In this document: piece after piece, positions 38,601 through 52,200 of the stretch
How positions within the stretch are numbered: the first letter of the stretch is position 1
Layout: every line of letters begins with the position of its first letter
Assembly (NCBI GenBank): GCA_040954595.2
Contig: CM082595.2
Coordinates: 6,226,137 to 6,290,136 of the forward strand
Source of the DNA: Balanoglossus misakiensis
Lineage: Eukaryota > Animalia > Hemichordata
Length of the DNA: 64,000 nt
Direction of reading: 5' to 3'
The notes under the pieces: generated by a model
The model's input: only the letters and a program-made list of their open reading frames with translations
The model's database searches: none
What the model was told of the DNA's origin: nothing
Translations under genes and position numbers: made by a program

Positions 38601-41600
38601 ATGTTAACACATGCGTACATGATTTAGCTGGCAACTTTTTAAAAATAGTATCTTATTATTTAAAGGAATACAAGGCATCAGATGGTAGAAGAATTGTCGT
38701 CTTAGACGATCTCTTCGATAGCAAAGATCTGGATGAACTAAGAAGCTACACGTTAAAGTATGGTAGGTTGTTCATTGCCTTTAGCCCTTTCACAACCTTG
38801 GTTTGGTCCAAACCCATTGTTTTCTATGGTGAAGTTGGACCTCAATACAGGGAAATGGGGGTGAAAGGGTTAAAGATGTGCAAATTTGGATTTGTACTCT
38901 GAATCTGTGGCTGGCCCTGTCATTCCGTCAGTTTTCACTGTTGCACCCAGCTACGTATAGGAAGAAAACTTCTGAATGACATCATGGTTCACGAGATGGT
39001 CAGGGTGCAAAGCATCAACTTTTCACCCTTTCACCATAATGGTTCGTTCCAAAGCCATTGTTTCCTAGAGCAACTTTGGACCTCTACACAGGGAAACAGG
39101 GATGAATGTGTTACGTGTGATAATGCCACCTGTTGATATAAAACATGTTCTCCCGTAATTTCCAGGAGAATACTTCTATGATGAGAGCCTTGACCTTGAG
39201 TCTGACAATGTCCAGTGGATCGCTGGCTACGAAGTGGACAACTTCATCCAGAGTAGATTCTGGAACATTACCCGACAGGTGATGACTTTTGTCACAGGTG
39301 AGAGTTCGCAAAACTCAATTGGAATATCTGTTATATGCAGCTTAAATGGACAAAGTTACTCTCTCGCTGCCCTTTTCCATTAATTATGTCTGATACAAGA
39401 CACCGTTTAAGTTATTCTACATGTGGATGTATAGTGAATCAACGTTTGACCACACACAACTTCCATTCCGTTTGTATGATATAAAAGTAAAAATCTCACC
39501 GAAATGAATAAATGGTAAACACCGATTATTCATTTTGGCAAGTTTTTCACTCTCATGTCTACGAGTGAGATGGAAGTTGTGTGTGGTCAATACTTAAACG
39601 AACATTGATAACTTTGTCCAAGCAATGTGAAAGGCATATATAGTTAGAAAGTTGGTTTATCAACTAAAACTTTTTTGTCTTCACCACAAGGCAAGTCTGA
39701 ATGGTTCCCGTACGATGTGTCATGTAATTTAGTGCGAAGTGCTGACCACACCCGCATCCATCATGACTGTGAGATTGATGAGGAAGAGTGGACTTTCCTC
39801 GTCTACCTGAACCCAAACTGGACGGAGAATTACTATGGAGAAACAGCGTACTTTGAGACGAACGATGATGATACAGAGTACATAGCAGGTACATTACACT
39901 ATCAGAACTATGCTTCTAACTGGGATCACTCAGGGTCATCCCAGGGTTAGCAAAGAGTACATAGCAGGTACATTATATAAGTTTCTAAGCGGGCACTTTA
40001 GGGTTAGCATAGTTAGCATGTCATTATCACATATCACATTCACAGAAGTACAAGCTACGTGAAGAATAGAGGTAACTTACAGGGAGTACTCCTGTCCAGT
40101 GTTTATCAAGTGGCAATGATATTACACTATCAGAACTAAGTTTCTAAATGGGCCAACTCACCTCAGGGTTAGCAAATTTAGCATCTCATTGTCACATCAC
40201 AGTAGCACAAAAATAGATAGACAATAGCACAATAACGGCACAAGCTATGTGAAGAATATAGGTAATTAGCTGGCATTGGGTACTCCTATCCAATGTTTGT
40301 CTAGTGAAAAATAATATCAATACTGTCCCAATAATTACATCTTTCGACAAAATGGGGAGGATATGGGGATCTCATCCAAATGAAAATGTGATTGGCCTCT
40401 CTAAACCTCCCATGATACTGTTGAAAGTTGGGGATAGTATACTAGTGCCTTGGAGAATTTTTCTCATAGATTACAATATTTGTGCACCTGCATCTGTTGG
40501 CTGGATTCTGACTGAAATAGTTTACATCTGCTTTATGTTTGTAGAAGTGTTGCCAGTGTACGGCCGGGTTGCCATCCACGAGGGCTACATTCCCCACTCT
40601 GCCAGACCACCAAGTTCACTCTACCCAGGTGCAAGGTAAAGGGTCCCTTCTGGAATACTGTAGAATACTTATTATAATTTTCACTAGGACTTTATTTTCA
40701 CTATTTTCAGTGGACTCATTTTTCCGCTAAAATAAAATCGTGATGAAAATTCTTATTTCCTATTCTTTGCAAATAAGATGACAAGAAATAGTATAAATAA
40801 CATAAAAAATGTTTTTAGCAAAAATAAATTCCAGTGATAATAATGTATTCCACAGTATACAATTGTGAACAGACTTCTATGGAATATTTTGCAGTAAAGT
40901 AAGCTATATATAGGGCATCTGGTTGGACAAGAAAAGGATATTCTGCTAGTGGCACACTGCCAGCAATTTGTTGGGTTTTGCTATATCTGCACTGCAGGCA
41001 TATATCTATTTCTGTATTTATTTGCACACAAGCTTTTGTCTGTAGCACTCTCTGTTTTACGTTTCGGTTCATGCCTTGATATTTTTTCTTTTGACAGAAC
41101 AAGTACATGTAGATACATACTGTAAAACACTTTATTTTCTCGAGCAATTAATTTTCGCCAAATACGCGAGAGCCAAAATAGCGTGAAAATAAAAAAGTCG
41201 CGTAAATTGTTTTTGAAGATAACGATGCAGTGAATGAAATAAGAGAACACGAGAGGTAATACTCGCGAAACAGTGGCCTCTCTCGATATCGCGAAAAATT
41301 TAATTCGCGAAAATAAAGTGTTTTACAGTATATCATGTTTCTATTCTGTGTTTCCTTGATTTGCCATTTGTTTTCATATAAAAACTACACCACAGTCACT
41401 ATAGATAACACATTAAAAAATTAACCCCTTCATACTGAAATGATTGACCGCCATACTTGATTCATTTTTGTTGTTATGTTCACTCACAGGTTGACGTTTG
41501 CTGTGAAGATGTCGGTCAATGAACAGACAGCAAGGATCAAAGGCATTATGGAGAAGTATCGGCAGGAGGAAAGTCTTACAAGATTTTTTATTCCAATACT

Positions 41601-43316
41601 CAATCACTTTGACGTAAGTAGAATGAGATGGTTTGGACTGTATTGTGAGATGTGGCCCTGGTCTGTTGTGTATAGGGTACCAGGGATTCATAAGTGTCCA
41701 ATTGGCTACATTTTGAATGTATTGGTGTATATACTGTAAAACACTTTACGGTAGTTTCGCGAGTTGTAATTTTCGCGATATCGAGAGAGGCCACTGTTTC
41801 GCGAGCATTAATTTTCGCGTTCTCTTATTTCATTCACTGCATCGTTATCTTAAAAAAAAATTATGCGACTTTTTATTTTCATGTTATTTTGGCTCTAGCA
41901 TATTTCGCAAAAATTGATTGCCCGTGAAAATAAAGTGTTTTACAGTAGTACCCTCTCAAGCAATGAATTTGTCATGTGCTTGTATTGTACGCCCTCAGGT
42001 GGTGAGTTGATCGTATGCAGATGTCTGCAGCCTGTGATCTCAGACATTAATGTCAACATCTGCATATAATCGATTCACTGTCTGAGGGCGTACTGTATGA
42101 GTGCAAGATCTATTCATCGCTTAAAGGTGTACCTGCTAAATTTCTTGTCAATCCCTCTATTGATAAATTTATACAACTTATGTCAACACAAGATAAGGAT
42201 GTCTTAAGAAACTTAAGCTTATACTTATTTTATGCCTTTAACAAAAGGAAGGAGTTGGCGAACAGACTCTCGGGGAAAGTGCTGGTTCTTGTGTTCATTG
42301 TAAAAGAAACCCTCTGCAAATCTCTATACTGTCAAGGTCACTGTGTTCTGCAACATTTTTTCCCCTGTAATGTACTGGTATATGAAATATTCCAGTACAT
42401 AAGGCTGGAGGTCTATAGTGCAAGTGGAATAAACTGTTATTATTATTATTAATATGAACTAATATATACAAAACGTTGGTCAGAAAATCATTCTTCTTTT
42501 ACTTTCTCTTTAGGAGGACGATTTTGAGGAGCGGTTGAGAGAAAGGGTGATTGCTGTCTTGAAAGAAGATATGAAAACACAGGGTCAGGTTCATCAAGAA
42601 TTTGATGGTGACGATGAAGATGATGATGATGATGATGATGAGGGGGAAGACAGAGAGGAGGATGGAGATGAAAATAAAATGGAAAGGGAGAATGAGGGAG
42701 AAGAAGAGGATGGATTTGAACTCTTTGATGAAGGTAATGTTCGAGTGAAATCATTTCACTTGCTGCACATATATTGCGTATGCAGGGAGAAATATCTGCC
42801 TTCTAATACAGCAGATTTCCAGCTTTTTGATGCTATGTTGAATTGGAGAGCGATGTCATGGAGATGGGCTGGAATTTCGATGCCAGATGTGAACTGGTAG
42901 CATTAAAATCATATCCCTACTGGTATCCCAGTATGTGAAATAATTGGCAATATGATTTCATACACATATCCAATTTCATGTTCCTGCATGATTTCACTTA
43001 CTGGAATACCAGTTTGATTCTTCCAGTGTTTAGACTCAAAATGGTAAACCCATACCGACAAAATGCCAGGATGTAAAGGTCACATAGGGGTCATGGATGT
43101 AACCTATAGGCACGAGTCTTACAGTGTACATTTGTTTATTATGCTCTCCTCCACACAGATGTGCCAGAAGCAGACGCCAGATGGATGTACCTGACCGAAC
43201 AGATGAAAGAGAGTGGCGATGACATGACGAAATTGCGTGCATTGATGTCGGAGGTTGTCAAATATGGCGGGAAATCCAGAAAAGACTTTGCGGAAAAAAT
43301 CCAGAGAATTATCTGA
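35672..43316 (+). CDS. Signal-peptide protein with two tandem prolyl-4-hydroxylase-like 2OG-Fe(II) oxygenase domains and an acidic C-terminal region (~624 aa, 11 exons)
   Basis: Exons 35672-35934, 36357-36551, 37059-37246, 38041-38249, 38666-38762, 39166-39297, 39691-39888, 40545-40635, 41490-41613, 42514-42733, 43159-43316 total 1875 nt in frame. Domain 1: LHHDA..LIYLN..W..NYYGET. Domain 2: IHHDC..LVYLN..W..NYYGET..IPHSARPP..ARLTFAVK. N-terminus MQKFTVAVILVVVCGCVA. Confidence 0.9.
37292..37405. mobile_element. MITE family D (TTAA target)
   Basis: ttaa|aggccattctc...gagaagggcct|ttaa; inverted copy at 49538-49651. Confidence 0.8.
37430..37489. mobile_element. Terminal fragment of a TA-target Tc1/mariner-like MITE
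   Basis: Ends ...cggataatcggtgttccactg|ta, with repeated cggataat/cggatta subterminal motifs. Confidence 0.5.
37505..37660 (+). mobile_element. tRNA-derived SINE fragment with CORE-like segment
   Basis: B-box ggttcgagacc (~37537) followed by gttgtgcccttgagcaaggcactttac, which resembles the CORE-SINE central motif. Confidence 0.65.
37750..37980. mobile_element. MITE family G (TTAA-type)
   Basis: TIR agggaatgggtcgtcgcgcc / ggcgcgacgaccccttcact|ttaa; inverted copy at 63558-63796. Confidence 0.75.
38262..38420. mobile_element. Degenerate MITE family A relative
   Basis: ttaa|aggtgcactgtcacc...cagattttcagtgggtggcc..aaaaagagcgcc..tatgtaaattataggtga. Confidence 0.6.
38785..38869. mobile_element. 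MITE family F (TTAA, CCC...GGG termini; piggyBac-like); relatives at ~39016-39110 and ~54800-54886
   Basis: ccctttcac...gtgaaaggg|ttaa; shared core ttggtccaaa.ccattgttt..ttggacct. Confidence 0.65.
39346..39590. mobile_element. MITE family B, right-truncated
   Basis: Matches the left part of 59699-60045. Confidence 0.8.
40658..40855. mobile_element. TA-target MITE distantly related to family C
   Basis: ta|ctgtagaatacttattat...ataatgtattccacag|ta. Confidence 0.6.
41120..41328. mobile_element. MITE family C, reverse orientation
   Basis: Reverse complement of 24086-24294; TA flanks. Confidence 0.88.
41734..41945. mobile_element. MITE family C, forward orientation
   Basis: Same orientation as 24086-24294; TA flanks. 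Confidence 0.88.
41947..42132. repeat. Degenerate foldback (inverted repeat) element
   Basis: gtacgccctcag...tatgcagatgt pairs with acatctgcata...ctgagggcgtac. Confidence 0.6.
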
Positions 43317-44699
43317 TTGCTTGAATAAAGACAATTTGACAGAGCATCGATCTTGCCATGTCAGTGATCACATTCTTGATTCAGTGAACTTGCCGAGCTC
43401 TTTAAAGGTTTATTTGATGCATCTTATTTCGTTTTTTAATTTTGATAGTTTTGGAACTGGTACAGCCCAAGCAATTATGCTATACAAGTCCAAATGTAAT
43501 GGTTGCGAGTCTTTGTGTTTTTAGACAGAGAAGCCAAGCTCTCGATTTGCATCTGTATCTACCAGTACATACAACGTCTGTGATGTACATAGAAATTTGC
43601 TTATGGTTAATTTTAGTACTACCATGTACATGTGTCATGAAAAACTTGTTTTTTCTTGTTTCAACAACTGTCATTAAAAATAAAGTAGGCTTGAAAAGCT
43701 GTGTATGGTTTATGTTTCAAAGAAGGGGGCTTTGAAGGTGGCGGTTTTATATTTTAATTAAAAAAATTTTTAATTAAAAAATGATGATCTGGTGTAGCAT
43801 ACATGTATACAGTGTAACTCGTAAAATTTTGAACAAGTGAATTCGCCTTCTGTTTTTCATGAATGGATATATTCCTGAATGTGGTTTTCATTGACACAAA
43901 ATTGAAACTTGCACTGGGGAACACTGGCACCTAGACAATTATAATTTAGCATGTTTGAACTTGAACTTGAATACATCAGCTCTCTGATAGTTTCTGAAAA
44001 CAATGTGTGCATTACATTAACTTGGTGTCTCCTCAACCAGAATAAAATGAAAATGTTTGCCAGTTTGAATGTATGAATATATTTTCAGAACTGGAAATTG
44101 TCAGGCGCTCTGAAGCAAGTCATTTTTCCTTTCACTTGAATTTAACTGAAATAGGATGTAAACTATTTTACTGTGGATATATGTGCCATATTATGTGGGA
44201 AAGAAAACAAAAATTATTTACAGAAAAAAATTGTCTTCCGCACTTTTTTATCTTATGATGTGATATAAAGAAATTTATATTTGACACTTTAGTCAATGAC
44301 AAGATCTAACAATTTCATTGAACTTTGGCAGAAAGGAAAATTTCTGATTTTATCTACATGCCACACAAAGTGTGGCACTGTATAGGGTTTAGTATGGATG
44401 TCATAAATCTTAATAAAGTTCTCGAAATATTTTCTGAAAAAAAATATGACTGGACTTTAATATTTTTCGTTTGTATGAGAGTTTAGCGTCAGTGCCCAAA
44501 CTCATCATTGCACATAATGCACACTTTTTTCTCATATTTTAATATTTTGCACAGCATTTACAGTTATGATTTTAGTAAAAATTAAAATTAAAAACAGATT
44601 GCTGATTATCTTTCCACATTTTATTTCACCTGAAGTGCTGATTGAGTGTGCTAATTAATCAGAGATATGCAAAGAGATTTCATTTGCATATAACTGTTA

Positions 44700-44760
44700 C
44701 TCTACGAAATACGCGCATGCGCACTTCTTTCCGTTTTAGCGCACATGGGGCAGCGAGGTG
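44700..44760. promoter_or_regulatory. Probable NPL promoter with NRF1-type motif
   Basis: gcgcatgcgc at 44713-44722, at the start of a CpG-richer block upstream of the first NPL coding exon. Confidence 0.45.
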
Positions 44761-46267
44761 AGGTGGAACTCCAGCCAAGTTCAAAGTTTTGGTTGGCCAA
44801 AAAGGTGAAAGACTTCAATATACTGAGTTTTACACACCGGTTCTACGTGGCCACAGACCAGAGTTATATAACAGCCGACGATGATAATCACCTTGGCGAG
44901 AGGTAGGCACGGTACTTGTTTATCAGTAAGGGCAAAGGGGGCGGGGCAACCTCGTGCTTCACGAGCCCAGTCAATCACTGCTGCATGTCTCTGACGAAGG
45001 ACCTGCGACAAAACTAGTGTTGGTTGGTCAAAAATATGAAAGAAATCAACGTTCTGAGTTTATGCACGCTGAGTCTACGTCGTCAAATGATTCCTAAAGT
45101 ACATTAATTAACAGGTAACGATGATAACATCACGAGAGGTCATGTTTACCTGTAGTCCGACGAAAGGGGGCGTGGCTCGGTGTCACTGCCAAGCATGGAC
45201 GTCTTGCTTGAAGACTGGCCACTGCACGTGCGATTGGAGCGGATTTCATCATGCAGACCCACAGTTATTAATCATTGACCTGGTGTGTCCTGGAGGTGTG
45301 AACTCCCCCCCCCCCCTCACCCCGGCAGTTGTCAGGTTGTTCGACAGTAACTGATACTGCCAAGTGTTTTTGCCACTGTTCTCAGTCATAATGAAATGTA
45401 CTACATGTATATTTGGGGTCATGTCAGGAGCAAACAGTTTTCCCCCATTCACAGCAAACCCTGCTCCCCTTACCAGTGTTCTATCCAGAATGGCGTCAAC
45501 AAGGCGGATACGTCCCCCATTGATACAAAAAATGTATGGAGGGACCACTTCCTGATAGGTATGGCACTAGGCAGTGCTTGTAAGGGATAGACCATTTGAC
45601 ATCCTGGGGAGGGGTCTGGAAGTATCTGTTTTCTATTGGGAATCTTCTAAATTTTCCCCTCCCCCACTCAAACGAATCCTGGTGTAGTGCCAGTGGCATG
45701 TAGCGCGATATTTGCAATACATAAAGTGTATACTAGCAAGGTGTTGCGATAAATCAACATGTAGTGTGCGATGTTTATGCACATGGTTATCAAAATACAG
45801 TCACCCCCCCCCCCCCCCCTCTTACAGTCAGAAATTACGTTTACTGTGCACATATTTTCATAATCCACAGTCCCTAAGTACCACAATAGCGACCTTAGGT
45901 CACTGCATGCATACAGTGCCCTGCAGCATCTGGAGCATACCAATATCAGAATTTGTTTTCCAGCGTCATATTTTGAAGTGTTTCTGTCAAGGTTTTTGTC
46001 TACCACTGTGAATGTTGCATCGCTATTAATTCTTTATTTTATGTTGTGGGGATGTAAATTGTGGAGCTTGTAATTGATTGCTTTTCTGTGACGACAGCTT
46101 GAAATGTACATGATTGATTTATTGAACAATTTTTTCTTATCTCCACAGTGCAGGCGACAAATCGAGCTTTGTATGCATTGGCGTTGAGAAGAGTACATAC
46201 GGACAGTGTTTGGACCGATCGAGTGACAAAAAGGAGTTTTTACTGTTCATCTAGGAGATTCAACACA

Positions 46268-49241
46268 ATGGAAAAGGTGAGTTAAATGTATTATACAGTA
46301 TATAGTGCTTATGTTTTGAGTTCGGGGATATTTGAGTGGCTTGTAGTGGAACTATGCAACATTTGTAATAATTGTGATGTTCATTTGCGCCAAATCAAGC
46401 AAGTCAATATAGCTGCAAAACTTCATGAATCCTGTGAGAAATTTTGAATTCTTCCATTGTTTACCAGCCTGTGTTGCATTTGTCCAGCTTGTGAATATCA
46501 TAAATTATAAACAAAAATGTAGAAATAAGCTTCAAGCTAAATTAGTTATTCTATAGGTGTCAAACAATTAGACAATCTTTTGGGAAACTCTTTGGAAAAG
46601 TTCTGGGACATGTACAAACTTTAATTCTCAGACTGGTAGATTTAGACTTAATTAAACTGATGGAAAATGTCTCTATATCTGACACCAGGTCCAAAGTGCA
46701 GCACTCCCCCCTTTGCTTTTATTCAGACTTTACTTACAGATCCTGTTGGTTGAAATACACTTTCTTTCTGCTGGTTTAATTTCCAGAGTGTGCCCTGGTT
46801 TAGAGTCAAAGGTCTTATTGCAGCCCCTTTTACACCAATGACCAAAGATGGGTAAGTATATACACATATATCCCTAATGAATTACACAAAACATTCACAA
46901 AGACCCAAGCATACATGTATTTAAGTCGCATGCACAAAAGAGAGTTTGAGCATACATGCATGTTGATGTACCAATATATAATTTGCTGTGTGAGACTTGG
47001 TGGCAATATATTCCACATAGGTTGCCATAGAAACATGGTACTTATAACCATGAATCATGCAAATACAATGCTCTCATTCTAGATCTTGCACTGTTTTGTC
47101 ATGGAGTCCTATTATATGAAGTATAAGGACTGTTTTATGTACGTGTTTGGTAAATGCAGTATTCAAAATTATGCTTTTGCTGGTCTATTATATCGGATTT
47201 TAAAGCGATTAAGTAGATTATTTGACGTGTTTTGTTGTGAGCTTCTCAACAGTTTGTGTCCTGCAACATATGTGACACACCAAACAAATGGTTCATGCTA
47301 AGGGTTATAGAGATCAAAGTGCAGAATGTGACTTGTCCACGGTTGACACGGCGACCTATGATTTCTACATAAGAAAATAAAACTATAGTCCCCACACAGT
47401 AGCTTATCTGTGCTGATCGTAAGTGGGGGTATTGACCTAGGTCATTGAGGGTTGTCATGCACGCATGGTCAAGTTTGTATTCATAATTGCAGAAGCTCAT
47501 GTCTCAAAAGAGATTCCTAGAATAGAGAGGGGGGTTGGTGAAAAGGCAGTGATTAATTGACAGAATTGAGTGGGCTAAACATGCCAGTACTAGTACCCCA
47601 TAATGGGCCTAAGTTTGTACATGTTATCATTTTTTAAACCAAGGTGCATTGCTTTTTGACCACAAGCCTCATATTATATGCTGTCTGCACCTCCCCCCAT
47701 TATAAAGTCACATATTAATCAAGGAAATGAATTTGACAGCCAAAAATTTTTAGTCCTAAAATTGTATGTTAAGACAGTCTTCATACTGCTATAAAATGTT
47801 AGTCTTCATACTGCTATAAAATGTTAAATATTCTGAATTTTTTTACAAGCTAGCACTCCTATAGTGAAAAATCTGGCAATAGAGAGGGCAATGTACTTGG
47901 TATAGCTACTGACCTCTCTTTTTTTTTCATTCCAGAGAAGTTGACTTCACAAAAATTGATGGTTTGGTCGATAAACTTTGTAATGATGGCATCTATAGTG
48001 TCTATGGTAAGTTTTCTTTCCCACATAAATTTCTGTGATCATGGCCCATATGACTTTTGTTTAACATTTTCATCATGTGTGAATGGTAATTTTGCCATGG
48101 AAATAAGGTTTTCATTAGACAACCAACAGCTAAACAGCATAGATGAAAAATGTTATCTGTAAAAAGCCAGTTTTAAGATGAAAATAATGTTACCGTAACA
48201 ACTATGATTTGTAATTTTCAAATATGCTTTGAGATGATGATGATGATGATGATGATGATATTTTTTTTGGATTGCAGTGAATGGAACTACAGGAGAAGGG
48301 TTTTCATTGTCAGTTGAAGAAAGGAAAAAACTTGCTGAGAAATGGATGGCTGTAGGGAAAGACAGGTACAGAAGTTACTTTGTCAAAAAATAGTATGATG
48401 CATACACCGGTATATTATCATGCTGTCAACTGAGGAGATGCACTATTTTCCTACAATTATTAGCTTGATGTGAAAAAGAGTGAATGCATCCATTTTGAAA
48501 TAAGTTCTTTCTTGTTCTTTGCAGATTTTCAAATTCCATAATACTTCAAGTTGGTACTGGAAATCTGAAAACAACCCAGGAACTGGTAGGTGCATACATG
48601 TAGAACATATAAATCCATAATCTATGCTTGGCAAGAAATTATCGACTGCTCAAAGTGACATGAATGCCATTTTAAGAGACAACGGATATAATTGAAAATT
48701 ATCCCCTTTCTCCCTCATCTTGGAGAAGTTTATTTCATCTTTAGTCGCAAACAAAATTATCTCATTCTGCAAAGAGTCATTTTTGACCAGCATCTTCAGT
48801 TATGCATCAACGTCATTTTCGTACACTCAGTGTCCTAATACAAATATTCTACTGTATGTATTTTTAACATCACAAAAAGATCAATAGAGTGACATTGCCC
48901 TTAACAGACAAAATTCTGTGTGGAATAATTCATTGATATCGGCCATATGGTATCAAAAATTCATAGCTGGTGAAAAATGTGAAGTTTTGATTTTATTTTC
49001 TAGGCAACACACGCAGAAGAGATTGGTGTTCCAGCAATTGCTGCCATCCCCACTGTTCCGCTCAGACCGAATAATGTCGGTAGGTCCTAAGTGTTCTTTG
49101 CTGTCTTTATGTGTGATGCCAAACACCTTGAGGTGCAGTGTTGCTTGTTATGTTATCAACTCTTTTTCTTAGCTCGCTCAAAATTCTCGTATCTCGTAGT
49201 ACTGTTACCACCACCACCACCACCACCACCACCATCATCAC

Positions 49242-49297
<56 letters not shown>

Positions 49298-52200
49298 CCA
49301 TATGGTTACTTACACTGTGATATCACCAGTGGATTACTAGTATGTTTGAAATCTGAATATGTTCTGTATTGCAGAGGACATTGTAGCGTATCTGAAACAG
49401 GTCGGGGCAGCTGCTCCAAACACAGCTCTATTCTATTATCATTTTATGGAACTGACTGGTGTAACATGTGAGTACATGTATTTGCAGTTAGTCATTACTA
49501 CAAGTGGACCCAATACCACCTATGAATGATAAGTTAAAGGCCATTCTCAACAGTGGGTCAAATCTTTTGTTTCCAATAAACAGCTATGTGCTAACACAAA
49601 GGATTTCTTATTTGCCTTCACTGTTCTGCCCTGGGATCGAGAAAATGGCCTTTAACGTATATTACATGTGACATATGTGCTTTTTGAAATTTTCCCATGC
49701 GATTATCCATCTCAAAATTGTCTGTGTGTGTTAAAGATTCGTAAGTCAGTTTGAGTAGAAATGCAGAAGTTTTACTCAGATATTTGTTACAAATATGAGC
49801 CCTCACTCAGATAGCCTTGGCTAAGTTTCAGATTCAACTAAGTGACGTACTTGTTTCATTGTATTGCCTCTTATAAAGTGACATACCCACAAAATAATTT
49901 GCCACAGCAGGGTTGGACATGTCTTTTTGCTCAATATTTGATATCAAGCGACTGCCATATTTACTAATTCTTGAAACTCAGAAATTCTGTGTTATTTCAT
50001 AGTTGCCATGGAAACTCTGCTCGATGCTGTTAAAGATCAAGTACCCACTTTCCATGGAATGAAATTCACCAGTATAGACATGTATGATCTATCCCGATGT
50101 CTTCAACACAGTGGTGGGAAGTATCAAGTTTTCAGTTCCAGAGATGAAGTAAGAATTTTAATATACCATATATTTAAGAGATTGTACTAGTTTAACCATA
50201 TGAACATTTGATTGATGCTTGGCAGCCATTGTGTTTTTGTAGTGGAGATTTTAAAATGCTGGCATAAGTGCTAGGCAAGTGCCAGCATAATATCACAAAA
50301 ACTGCTGAGCAAAATTGCAAGCACAAAGCCAGTATGCATCCTGTGCACTGCCATATTCAGAATGAATGCAATGTTCAATAATTGCCCAGAAGTTAGAATT
50401 TAATGATTCATTTCTTCTGTTCTAGCTACTCTTGCCTTCTTTGCTTCTCGGTGGCCAGGCCTTTGTTGGCAGGTAAGCTGTTGTCCATCATGCGTATTTA
50501 GAATTGAAAAAAATACTTCAAAACAACAACATATAAGCGATACAAGTACAGGATACAAGCAGGGTTAAATGAAATTACTTCTTACATTTATGTGAAAAAG
50601 AGAGTAAAAAATATTACAAATCACATTGAAAGGGCTTAGGCCATTTTGTTTCATACTGATTTGAAGTTTTCCTGTATTTTGAAACTTTTCACTCAACAGA
50701 ACATATTTCTGTGATCTGCCCCTTGGGTATATAATTCTGAACTATAGGCCACATTGAAATACTGTATGATTTTTTACAGTACTCACAACTTCCTTGGAAA
50801 ATTTAACAATAAAATTGTTGACGCTTTTACCCGAGGCGATATGGAGAAGGCCAGGGAGTTACAGGTAGGATTTAAGACTGCAAATGTGGTGGTGTCATTG
50901 ATACAATCATTTTATGATATTAAATAATAATTTCTTGAATTTAAACATTTGTATGACTCGGTATTTTTTGAAAGAAAAATAATAGCCTGGATGTTATAGC
51001 TTATGGACTGAATTCAGATGAGTGTGCCCTCTCACAAATATATTTTTAAAAGTTTTGAGTCAATTTGAGGGTTTCTTAAATTTCTCTCCTATACCTTTGC
51101 ATGTAGTGTGGATAATGTTCTTGAGTCACCAGTGAGTTTGTTGAGTCAGTGGCGTGTCATATACATGTAGGCTTAGAAGGCACACAGATTCAGACCCAGT
51201 TGAGTGAGGCAGTCATAAAGTGTGATATGTATATCTGAACCCAGTGAAAAGACACAAGACAAAAAGGAGTTTTATAACTTGATGTAGGTGACTCCATTAA
51301 CATTCTAAAGACATTTAGAAACTTTAATCTATTAATGTTTTTTTTAACAGTTTCAACAGCACAAGGTCATCGCCATACTTAGGAAATATGGTAAGTGTCG
51401 AGCTCATTGATAATGAATCTAAATCAACCGCAGTGTTATTTATTAAAGTTTACTAAGTTTTGGTGTACTGGTTTACAAAGAAATTTGGTTTCACGTGGTG
51501 GGTGAAAGCTTATTTTGTAAATATTGCGAGTTTCTGTAAAGTATGGAAAATTCTGCAACATTAAAGGTATACAGTCACCTCCAATTTACATACGCCCATA
51601 TATGGCTGAAATGGCGTATTTGTGCGTTCTAAAGAACATAAGGCGGCGCTCTTTTTTTTCGCGTGTGCCACCCACTGAAAATCTGTCATTGGCTAGATCT
51701 CAATTTGCCATAGTAACTATAGCTAATTTTCCATAGGTGACCGTATACCTTTAACATCTGTGAGAAGGCCTGCAAATATGTGCCTTATTAGAATGCATCT
51801 AAGCTAGAAGCTTAAAACTAATTTTAGCTTATATGTGAACACATGCAAGCTAATCATACTATGTACTTCTGTCTTGTCTGTTTGCATGCTATAATATCTG
51901 TCAAGATTAATAACCCAGTGTAATACGACTTAATTACCAAGTTACTGTTCTGAGTCGAAGCTAGGAATGCTGCCACTTATCATTTGAGTGTCTGACAGCA
52001 TTTGAAAGTAAGAATCGTTCTCAAACTCAAATGTATCCAAATGTTGTTTTGGATCCATTACAATCAACTTGTATTTTTGTACTTAACTCGGACCTGCATG
52101 TACACGTACAAATGTACTGTACACCTAGCAAGAAACCAAATGCTCTATACCACTTGCCCAAATCTCCATTTCCAAAATTGTTGACTCAGTAACATAGCAA

